From Yuukianura sp. NJ FZ-2021 (lineage: Eukaryota), in contig CM102287.1 of assembly GCA_046563655.1 (NCBI GenBank), forward strand, positions 4,092,001 to 4,156,000: a stretch of DNA of 64,000 nucleotides, read 5' to 3'. Position 1 is the first letter of the stretch. Each line of letters starts with the position of its first letter. The position numbers and the translations under genes are program-made. Of the stretch, positions 54,001 through 64,000 are shown one piece after another. Under the pieces are notes generated by a model that saw nothing but the letters and a program-made list of their open reading frames with translations, was not told the DNA's origin and ran no database searches.

Positions 54001-54184
54001 CCTCCGGTAGTTTTCCGCGTGACCTGAGTGACCTCTGGTCTCTTCTGGCGTCCATCACATGATAAGCGTACAAAATTGGCGTAAGAAATTCAATGCTGAT
54101 CATAAGGAACTGTGCAAGTCCAGTCAACGCTGAAGCACCGCCTGCTCCAAATCCACTATTGATCAGCGCTGATGCTGGATCCAT
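48070..54184 (-). CDS. GMC oxidoreductase (glucose dehydrogenase-like), copy B
   Basis: FDFIV|VGGGSAGAVVANRL; GKGLGGSSNINGMIFLRG; EVVLSAGSIQSAKILMLSGIGP; AVVDPELR|VLGVNGLRVVDASV. Confidence 0.93.
48233..49429 (+). mobile_element. DINE-1/HINE-like non-autonomous Helentron-type element in the last intron of GMC-B
   Basis: 13-bp subterminal inverted repeat ATAATAGCGAAGC (48239-48251) / GCTTCGCTATTAT (49387-49399); 5' hairpin; (GTCY)n microsatellite; central TGTCACC tandem array; 3' stem-loop cggtt-tac-aaccg; T-rich ends; no TSD. Confidence 0.85.
49938..50398. mobile_element. Fold-back MITE in GMC-B intron
   Basis: About 190-bp inverted arms (attcggcaaaacggcgcttcg / cgaagcgccgttttgccgaat); centre ctaaccaaacctaac plus GC hairpin cgcgcc-ttc-ggcgcg. 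Confidence 0.85.
52284..52562. mobile_element. hAT-type MITE in GMC-B intron
   Basis: TIR cagtgttcccagtttc / gaaactgggaacactg; 8-bp TSD TGTCTAAT at 52276-52283 and 52563-52570. Confidence 0.92.
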
Positions 54185-54809
54185 CGTGACCTTTGACCTT
54201 TACCACTAAAATTCTAAAAATTTTGGACTTTTCTGAAATTTTGAAATTACGAAACTACTATTGTCCAAATTTTAGATTGCGTGTTACACCAGTCTTTTCT
54301 GGAAGAAAACTGTGGATTTTTGGGGATGAGACAGTGGAGAAAATGACGTGCGAGAAACCGTGCCCATTTGACACTCCTTCCTTTACAAAATTGCAAAAAC
54401 ATTTCGCAAAACCAATTTTTTGCATAAAAGTCTCGAGTTTACTAGAATTTAGCAAATCGCTTCTCACTTTATAGCTAAACGTGGGACTAACTTTTGCAAT
54501 TTTTCAATAAAGTGCGAAAGACATGAAACCAAAAGCTAAAATTTAAAAGTTTATGTTTTTATTCAGTTTGTGCAAAATCCACGTTCAACGTTCTGGTGGA
54601 ATGGCACAAGTTGTTTGAAGTATGTTTGACCCTAGAGGTCAAAGGTCAATCCTAATTCACTAATTAACTAACTAGTTATTAAACTGTACTAAACTAGTTT
54701 TTTAACTAATCAACGGCCTTAAGTTAATAGGAAATGAATACTGATCACTGTGAGGAGAGTGAACGGCTGATGATATGGCGGGATTCTTTGAGAGAATAGT
54801 CTTGACTGG

Positions 54810-57800
54810 TCATCTGATGATGTTGTCATGGTCGAAGGGCCCCCCTGACCCTTGACCTCCCTCTGACCCCTGACCCCTTCGCTTCCAGAAGTTGAGGATG
54901 AAGCGGGAGGCGAGTTCTGCCATACCCTGAATGGTAACGTGGTTCACTGACAGATGACGTACTTGCAACACTGATGCATCTATGACCCTTAGGCCATTGA
55001 CCCCAAATACCCTGAAAGTTGACAAAACATTAAGGGTCAAAATTTGTAAGGGTAAAGATTCGGGACATATGTGGTCAGAATATGTCAAGGTCCAAATATA
55101 CCAGGGTCAGGAACTATGTGGTCAAAATATGTCGCCAGAATATGGAAGCGTCAGACTATATCAGGGTCAAGAAATATGTGGTCAAAAAATGTCGCCAGAA
55201 TATGGAAGCGTCAGAATATATCAGGGTCAGGAACTATGTGGCCAAAAAATGTGGTCAAAATATGTCGCCAGAATATGGAAGCGTCAGAATATATCAGGGT
55301 CAAGAAATATGTGGTCAAAATATGTCGCCAGAATATGGAAGCGTCAGAATATATCAGGGTCAAGAAATATGTGGTCAAAAAATGTGGTCAAAATATGTCG
55401 CTAGAATATGGAAGCGTCAGAATATATCAGGGTCAGGAACTATGTGGCCAAAAACTGTGGTCAAAATATGTCGCCAGAATATGGAAGCGTCAGAATATAT
55501 CAGGGTCAAGAAACATGTGGTCAAAAAATGTGGGTCCGGAAATATGTAGACAAAATATGTCAAGGTCAGGAAACATTTGTTTGGAATATGTAGGTCTGGG
55601 TCATGAAATATGTGGTCAAAAGATCTGGGTGAAGAAATATGTGGTTAGAATATGTCATGGTCTGGAAATATTATGTGGTCGGAATATGTGGGCCAGGAAA
55701 TATGTGGTTAGAATGCGTTTGAACCTCAGTTCTGAGTCGACGACTGCTTCTGGGTCAGAGAGATCACGGCCAATTGGCGCAGTCGCAGAGTATTTGTAGG
55801 CCGTGACCGTCACATGACGTGCCAGACACTCATAGTACTCATCACTCTTGAACACATGACCTTCACACCCCGGGAACGGAATGGGCAGCAGCTTAGCATC
55901 AATTTCTCTAAACGCCGTAGTATTCTCCACCAACTCCACAGCAAATCGTATTCCTTCAAATAATCATAATTAATAAACTAATTAATTTATTTTATTAATT
56001 ATTAAAACTAATTAACTTTTACCTTCTACTAACGCTTCCACATCTCTCGAATTCTGAAGATACTTGGGGTCAAGCAGGGGCTGAGCAAAGGGGTCCTTGC
56101 TCCTCAGTTTCAGCGTCCCACTTCCAAAAACTTTGTTTAGTGACACCTTTGTTCAAGCAAAAATTCAAAATTTCAAAAAAAATGAATGTTTTGAAAAATT
56201 TTGACTAAAATTTTGAAAAACGAGACCTTACCATTTGGAAAAAAGCATCTTGACCTTTGACTCGTCCGTAGTACCTCCGTGAGATACCTTTGTTCATGTT
56301 GAATGTCGTGGCCATGTCTTGTTCATATCGCTCATCAATTGACCACGCGAGGAACTATTTAATTTATAAATTCACATGTAATTATTATAAATTATAAAAA
56401 CTAATATATTTTATTCAGTTCAAGTACGTATGTATGGAGGTCAGGAAATCCTCCATAGCCATCCTTCTTGGCAAAAGAGCTGCTCCAAGTATAGGTCGCC
56501 TCTGACCTCGAGCACTGGAACGGACCAGTACCTATCAAAAGCAAAGTAATTCAAGTTAATTCATGTAATTCAAGTAATTACTAAACAAATTACAAAAAAT
56601 AGTATTAAACATTAATTCAAATTAATTAAAGTTTACCAGCCGTGACCCACTGCAGAAATGTCTGGACATTGATATCTCGCTCTCTGAGAAAACTTGATCC
56701 TGGTGAAGACACGAACGGTCCAACTGGAAATCAAAGTTCAAAATTTGAAAAAAAAAATAAGCAATTTCGTAGGAAATTTCATGAAAAAGTTCAAAAAATT
56801 TTATAAATCTAATTTCTGGAATTTCAGATTTTTGAAATTTCAGAATTTTGTAGGTTACCGAATGCTCCGTATTTGTCTTGCAACATTTTTCCAACGGGCA
56901 AGTCAACTTTCGTCTTTATCTAAAAAATCAAATCAAATAAGCTTCAAATTCTCTTTTTTCAAAATTTTTGTTCGAAATTTTGAAAATTACTCCAAGTTCT
57001 TTGAGGTGCTCTTTCGGACCAATTCCGGACAGCATCAAAAGTTTTGCAGACTGAATCGAACCGGCGCTCAAAATCACTTCTTTTGAAGCCTTAGCAATTT
57101 TTATGACCCCATTTTGAAAGTATTCTACGCCATAAGCTCGGTTGTTCTCATCCAAGAGGACCTACGGTAAAAGAACATGTTGACCTTGACCTTTGACCTT
57201 TGACCTTTACTTGACCTTTGGAAATTTGACCTGACCTTGGTCACTGTCGCATACTTTCGAATTGTTAGTAAAGGAAGATTGTCTCTCAAGTATCCATCAA
57301 ACGCAGTCCAACGCCGACCATTTTTTAAGTAGAAATCCATTGGGGCAAAACCTATGTTAAAAAAAGTTTTAAAATGATGGCCATGTGCAATTTTTACAAA
57401 AATCAAAATCTCCAAAAATTTTCCCAAATTTTTTTTTGAAAATATTTTTCACCGTCTGTGATTGGTCCATTTGCATTCGGATCACGGATTGGGTAGCCAA
57501 GTTCTTCAGCAGCCCTTAGGAGTTGAACTGAGCATGGATGAAGATGAGATTTTTCAATTGACAATCGCCCGCCACGCCCGTGACCTTTGACCCCGCCAAC
57601 TTCAAAGTACCCGTCATAGTCTTCCATTGATTTCAAAATTTGCAACATGTTAGTCATGCTCCAGGCGGGATTCCCACTCAAATTTGCAACAGTGTCAAAT
57701 CCTTGGACATTGCCACGAAAGTAAATCATTCCATTTATGTTGCTTGAGCCACCTAAGCCACGCCCCGCCGGCCAAAAACTGACCTAAAAAGTTGCAAAAA

Positions 57801-59602
57801 GATTATCTTTGCAGATTTGCAAAAGTGAAAGAAGTTGCAAAAATTCAAAATTTCGAAAACGTACATTGTTTCTTAGGCCGAAACAAGCTGCTTTTTGAGG
57901 AACTGTTCGCCATTTCCAGTCGACTGCTCCGATTCCGTGCAAAAAATACGTCATCAGAGGAATTCGTAACATGGGGTGCGATGTCCCACCGGCCTCGAGC
58001 AGTAAAACGCGGTGGGACTGTGATAAACGATTAGTCACCACAGCTCCAGCAGATCCAGATCCAACTTGAATTTGCAAAAAAAAAGAGAAGAATTTTTGCA
58101 ATGTTGCAAAAAGTAACAAAGACTTTTTAAAACCTTTCGTTTATTGTCCAAAATCTTCCTTTTGTGTAATTCGCAAACTGTGAAATCGCAAATTACATCA
58201 GCACTCTTTATTTTTTGACAAAAAGTTTGCGAATTTGCGTATTTTTGTACTTTTTGTTAGTTTTTATGACTCATCAGAGGTGTTATTTTGCGAAATAGAT
58301 TAAAAATGGAAACAAACACAAAGAAAATTGAAACTTGGAAGAAATTAAAAAGTGTGGGAATTTTGCAAAAAGTGATTTCGCATGGCGTCCTTGAATTTTT
58401 GTAGGAAGAATGTCAGTTCCCTGAGAGTGTCAATTTGCAATTAGTTTCGATTTAATTGCAAATTTCAGTGAGTACAAGTAACTCATCCTTCAATTCGTGC
58501 GAAAACTTAATATGAGCATGACATCTTTAAACTTGATACACAAGGAAGACAATCCACGACTATAAATGCAAAACAAACACCATTTTGCATAAACAAACAA
58601 TGATTTGTTTACAAAAATTTGCAACATACAAAAAGGAGTCTCATTTCTCTCCATTTCTTCTTTGCAAAAATTCAGTCTTTAATAAAAAGTCTGTTTTTTC
58701 AATATTTCTTGTTTCATAAAAATCCTCATTAATTCAATTGCTCCTGATTTTCTCAGGAACCTAATTTCTAAAATTTGCAAATCCAGAAATTGCAGAAATT
58801 ACAGAAACTGCAACCATTTTGCAACTTTTGCAATATCCGGTACATTAACTTTAATAATTTTTGGATTACGTGGCTGCACTTGAACTTTAATGCTTAATTT
58901 TAGCACAAGTTTGTGACATTGCCATTTCTCACCAAAATTTGCACACTTTTGCAAAAAGAAAATAGGCACGCTTGTTCTTTGCTGTTGTTACAGCTGTGCT
59001 AAAAATTTGCGTGATGCAAACAAAACCATCAATGCTCAGTTTTGCACTAGTTAACAAACGCAATTGAGTCACTCAAAACTTTAAAGCTCACCAAAACTTA
59101 CTCTAACATTCAGTTTAGATACAAATAGGGTTCAAAGCCAAAATTCAGTTAAGCAATTAGGATTAGATGCATTTTTTCTTTGAAATTTTGAAAAACCCAA
59201 ATTTTTTATTTCGGAAATTTTGAAACACCTTGAAATTCTGCTGATGTTAGGTAAGATTAGGCCAGGAACAAATAAGGTACAAAGCCAGAATTTGGATTAA
59301 GATGCATTTTTCTTTGAAATTTTGAAAACCAGATTTTTTTTAATTTGAAAATTTTGAAATTAGGTATGCTATGTTTGAGCGTTCTTACCCACAATGAAGT
59401 CAAATTCCTCTTGACCTAAGTCATCAAATCGACCTGCCATGCGTTCCACATTAGTGTCAAAGGTCAACCATGAATAGAGTATGGGAGCAATGAACTCCAG
59501 GCCAATTATGAGCATTTGAGCCATCGCAGTCAGCTGACCTCCATTGGCACTGACCAAAGCCAAAGTGGCGGGAAACCCACCGCCGGATTCAAAATCAGCC
59601 AT
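54810..59602 (-). CDS. GMC oxidoreductase, copy A
   Basis: EFDFIV|VGSGSAGAVVTNRL..VLLLEAGG; GRGLGGSSNINGMIYFRG; EVILSAGSIQSAKLLMLSGIGP; AVVDSELR|VFGVNGLRVIDASV. Confidence 0.93.
55067..55712. repeat. Intronic minisatellite with a 60/72-bp unit that degenerates to a 12-bp core
   Basis: Unit tatgtggtcaaaatatgtcgccagaatatggaagcgtcagaatatatcagggtca(g/a)gaa, about 7 copies. Confidence 0.9.
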
Positions 59603-61979
59603 CTTGAAAACTACACTTGCGCAGAACTATTTTTGTAAATCTTCGCCTGCGTCGTGTCTATTCAAGAAACTACTGCTTTAGATGACCTCGTGACCCCTCT
59701 TGGCTGTACTCCTCAGCGGCTACAGTCCAACTGTCCACGATCATTGTCACGTCCACTCCAATTTATGCGGTGGTTTCCATTGTGTTTCTGCTACCTCCAG
59801 AACCAAAACTGGGAGGTCCATTCAAAAAGGTCCAAGTTTGCAAAAAAATTTGCAACAAAAAATTGCAAATTGAAAGCAAACAACTTTTGATTCCAGAAGC
59901 AAACTGCTGGACTATAAAAGGAACAACCAGGAACACTGTTGCACAAAACCGGTTTGAAACTGGAAAAAGACGGACGTTGTCGTCGCCTCCTGATCACTTA
60001 CGCTACTAAAGTTGCAATTTTTTTTTGCAAATGTTTTTGCAATTTTCGTGAATGGGTGTATAAGGGGTAGGGGAGCCTTCAGCTAAGGGGCTTATGATTA
60101 CTTCATAGTTTTACGGAAGTTGGGTTGTTATGTACCACGCAAATTTTTGAGAAGAGAGGAGAATTCTGCAGTGCTTTATTTTTTGCAACGTTTTTGCAAA
60201 TTCTCATTACGCTGTGACTATCATTTCAAATAGTTACTGTAAAACATTAAGATGTTGTAGGTACTTTATGTTTAGATGTAAAAGGAGAGCGGTTCTACGT
60301 TCTACGCTACAATTGAGGTTGACATGAATGCCCAAAGGAGCTTCTCAGAACTTTAAGTAATTAACACATTAATTAATTAACTTTAATTTCAATTAAAGAG
60401 GAAACAAATTCGAACTTTCGCAATTTGCAAAATTTTTGCCAAAAGTTCCAGGATTTCCCAAGCATATGTCGATAATGATGTCCAATTTTTAGCAAAACAT
60501 TTTTCAATCCAGGAAGATTTTTTTTGCAAACCTTGAAATTTGCAAACCAGGAGGTTCCAAAGTGATTCACCTTCCTCAAGTTCTAGGAAATTTTTGCCAA
60601 TAACTTCATTTGTGCAAAAATGTAAATTCTTAATTGTTTCTTAATGACAGGTTAATTAAATTAACTTTAGTAGCTTCATGAGTGAATGGGATGCTCTGAC
60701 TTTTGACACTTGCGTGACTTGGGGTGTGAGATTTGCAAAAAAAAATAATAATTTGCACTTGGGAAAAAATTACAAATGATTTTGGTTTGCAAAAACAAAA
60801 GATCAGTGCACTAAGGTAAGTTGCAAGAATTTTGCAAACTTTTTTTTCTGATTCAAATCTCTCATCTTTCTTTATCTTTGACCCAAAGCGGTCCAAATGA
60901 CTTTCAATTTAAGTTGGAAACTGGTACTTTTGCGCAACAAAAATTTTGCAATAATTTGCAAAAATTTAGCGGTTTAACATTTGACCCCTTTTAGATATGA
61001 GTTTGACTCCTTAATCAAAGTAAGGTGATGACTTATCATGAGTCAGAATTTGTGTTTTCCAGGGTCAATTGACCCAGTTTTTGGGTCAATAACACCTTGT
61101 AGTCATTCCACTTGTCCAAATTAACCCAGTGTTAGAGTGGAAGTGCAAACTGTTGCATCTTTGTCTCAAAAGGTCATGGTCACTTCATGTATCGTTGTGA
61201 AATTAGGCATTAATCAACCAAAACAGTGAATTTGGGTCACATGAGGTGGGTGACCTGTCATTTAGTACCTTTTTGCATTGACTTGTTCAATTCCCAAAAG
61301 CGTGGGCGGAATCCTTCTGTGTTTTTCATACTTTTTTCTCATTTACTTTTTTAATGTTCAAAATTTACAATTTGGAAAACAATTCAAGAAAAATTTTTAT
61401 TGACCTTTGCCTCATTTGAGTTCAGCAAACTTTGAAACGTTTTCAAGATTTCTAAGAAGAAACTTTTTACTGAAAGTCTCACAAAGGAGGCTATCAAAAA
61501 CAGTCTAAAAATATTTTGAAAAACAAAAAAAAAATTGCAGAGGAACAGAAAAGATGACTGAAAGAAAAAAAATTCTTTGAAACTCGGGTTAGTTTTTCTT
61601 TTCAAATTCAGACTTTCGGTGAGATGAAGGATTATGTCGGGTAAGTGGACTTCAAATTTTGAAAAAAATTTTTGAAACCCTTTGTTTATCGACTTTTCTT
61701 TTGGATTCATTTTTAAAAAAAAATGGTAAATTATTATTATGGTAAATGTAGTAAATGGATTATTTCAAGTCCGTTTCCACATTTCAGTTTGACCTTTGGT
61801 GACCCCTGAAGAAAAATAAGTCGCCCTTTGAAAATTTGAGTGTTATAAAACCGGAGGGAAAGTGTGTCCAAAATTCATTTTCGTTGTGTTTTCTAAAACT
61901 AAACATAAAAAGTGTCGAGAAGTTTAAAAAAAACAGCGTATTACATATTTATACGTTATTAAAAGTAGTAGTTTGAGCC

Positions 61980-63382
61980 ATGTACAAACTCAACATTTTC
62001 ATCACATTTTGCTTTCTGTTTTTCACATACGCTAAAGGTAAAGTAAACGGATATACAAATCAAACTCAGTTAAAAAATTTTGAAATTTTGTTTAAAAAAA
62101 ATCAACTCGGTTCAAAAAAAAAACTTTCCTTATTTAATTAACGGACTGGATTTATCAGGTTTTATTGAAGTAGCGAAAGCTACTTTATGTTTATGAGTTG
62201 GAGTGGAGTTGTCTGTCTGCCCGTCTGTGTGATTGACATTTCGACATTTGATGTGCTTATTTTTTCTCAAATAACTTTGGATTTTGTTTTCAGGAATAAC
62301 GGCGAAGGACACGACGAGAGAAACGGCAGAAACGTGGAGGAAGTGGACCGTTATCGGCAGGGGTATAACGGCATGGCGTAACAAACTAAATTCAGAAGTC
62401 GGAGCACTGCAAATTTTTATGGGAGAAGATTTCAGTCCTCGCTGCTTTTATTACTTTGGAACAGGCATAGCTGAAGATTTATATGATGCTATGGACTTTT
62501 CAATCCGTGAAGGAAAAGAAATGATCCAGAAAGTTAAGGAGGAATCCATCAATAGAACGCTGACGATTGGGAACTTTGCAAAGTACAAATACGACATCGA
62601 CACCAACCGTCACGAAAGGCAACTATGGATTGGTGCTTGGTTGCTGGCTTGCGCCGACACAGAGTTCCGGAACAAACTGTTCTTCCACTACTATAGCATC
62701 ATTGTGCCAGATCCAGAGTCAACGCAGACACTGCTATACCACATCTACGCACTCGAATATCCGAACTACCTAATTGGTACCGTAAAATTCCTGATTTTGA
62801 ACTCCGAATTTACAGATTTCTGCATAAAGTTGCATTTTTTTTAAATTATTATAATGTGTAATTTTAGTTTCAGAAGGAACGGTTGAGGACCCGAAGAGAA
62901 ACGAAACGGAAGAAAGGTGGGAAGCTATGGAGCGTGCTGTTGCGGCATTGCGTCTCAAGTTCGAAGAAGAAGTCCGAACGTTTCAAAGTTTTCTTGGCTC
63001 CAGCAATCACTCCTGGCATGAACAACTCAAATTTGACCGTTTCCAACCTACCGTGCAACATCGAATTCGTGGTGTACATAATGAGATCAAGAAACTTGAG
63101 GAGGAAGTGGCCAATAGGACGCTAACAGTAATGAAGTTTGTAGAGTTCAAATACGAGTACGAGCGTATACGTAAAGTCGTGCAATCGGCCTACAATTATT
63201 ATTGGCTAGTGAATTTAGCAGACGCAGAACTTCGGGACAAATTGTTCTTCCGCTACTACAGTATCCTTGTTTCAGATCCACAGTCGACACAGACGCTACT
63301 CTACGACCTCTACGCGCTCCACTATCCAAACTACTTGGAATCTCCTCCAGCACTTCCTATAAAGATATCCCATAAAAAATAA
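61980..63382 (+). CDS. Secreted protein with two internal homologous domains, 3 exons
   Basis: Signal exon MYKLNIFITFCFLFFTYAK|G. Exons 2 and 3 both contain NRTLT..F..YKY/FKY...AD.E.R.KLFF.YYSI.V.DP.STQTLLY..YAL.YPNYL. Confidence 0.82.
62160..62235 (+). mobile_element. 5' remnant of a HINE-like element in intron 1
   Basis: ttttattg, hairpin aagtagc-gaaa-gctactt, then a gtctgtctgcccgtctgt microsatellite, as at 48233. Confidence 0.5.
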
Positions 63383-63958
63383 TTACATACAATACAATAA
63401 AAATAAATATAAATAACAAGTTTTAAAAATCTTGTTGTAACTGTTTGCGAATTCGAAATGTGCAATTTGCAAAACAATTAAAAATCTTATTAATCTTTGC
63501 CTCATTTAGGTTCAGTAAACTTTTTAAAAGTTTTGAAGAATTCTTGAAGAAAACTTTTTTAATAGTAAAATCTGACAAAGGAGGTTTTTAAAAACAGTCT
63601 AAAAAAAATATTGGAAAAACGAAAAACAAAAATGAATTGTCGAGGAACTTAAAGGAAAACGCGATTGAAGGGATTTTAAAATTCTTTGACCTTCGGGTTG
63701 GCTTTTTTTCAAACAAAGAAATTCCCAATTTCAGTGCGAAGAGGGATTACCTATGTCAGGCTGCAGTTAAGTGGACTTAAAAATTTGTAGGCAAAAAAAA
63801 ATGTTTTTTTTGAAAGTCTTAGTTTTTCGACTTTTATTTTGGATTTTTTAAAAAAGTTCAACAAAACCGGAGGGAAATTCGTTCCAAAAAGCATTTCCGT
63901 TTTGTTCTCTAGTAGAAACCGTGGAGAAGTTTTCATAAAAATATAATCACATCGAAAC

Positions 63959-64000
63959 ATGTATAAACTCAACACTTTCATCATATTTTGTTTTCTTTTC
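63959..64000 (+). CDS. Start of the next tandem paralogue (truncated by window edge)
   Basis: MYKLNTFIIFCFLF; upstream 63490-63960 is a diverged copy of 61400-61980. Confidence 0.75.
   Translation, partial: MYKLNTFIIFCFLF

Noticed and set aside
55067..55712. Possible CRISPR-like array or repeat-protein ORFs (54982-55799)
   Set aside because: The units are contiguous with no unique spacers and lie in a GMC intron; the ORFs are by-products of a stop-poor repeat.
59700..61350. Short ORFs upstream of GMC-A
   Set aside because: AT-rich motif DNA with no recognisable coding signal or coherent exon chain.

Overview
Eukaryotic, intron-rich, AT-rich arthropod-type genomic DNA. The gene content and (TTAGG)n pieces point to a hexapod, possibly a springtail, but that is inference. 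From left to right: (1) a tandem array of six + strand paralogues (about 1-19.8 kb) encoding secreted, probably GPI-anchored Cys-rich EB-module-like proteins. They are built from symmetric phase-1 exons, vary in module number, are mosaic, and carry several MITEs. Copy 4 has a DD41D (rosa-like) Tc1/mariner element inside a coding exon, and the element's right TIR offers an in-frame splice acceptor that could splice it out. (2) Three secreted or cuticle-type genes, RpL13A with a candidate large intronic H/ACA RNA, FAM76, SCAR/WAVE and Arl13B. (3) A plant/fungal-type GT17 glycosyltransferase with an uninterrupted CDS (HGT candidate), a PX-less SNX14-like gene, a Sec31 with no visible N-terminal WD40 propeller and expanded Pro-rich repeats, and an orphan gene. 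(4) Two tandem GMC oxidoreductases with the catalytic His replaced by Lys, whose introns hold a DINE-1/HINE-like element, MITEs and a minisatellite. (5) The start of another tandem family of secreted proteins with an internal duplication. Exon boundaries were read by eye and no database searches were run.
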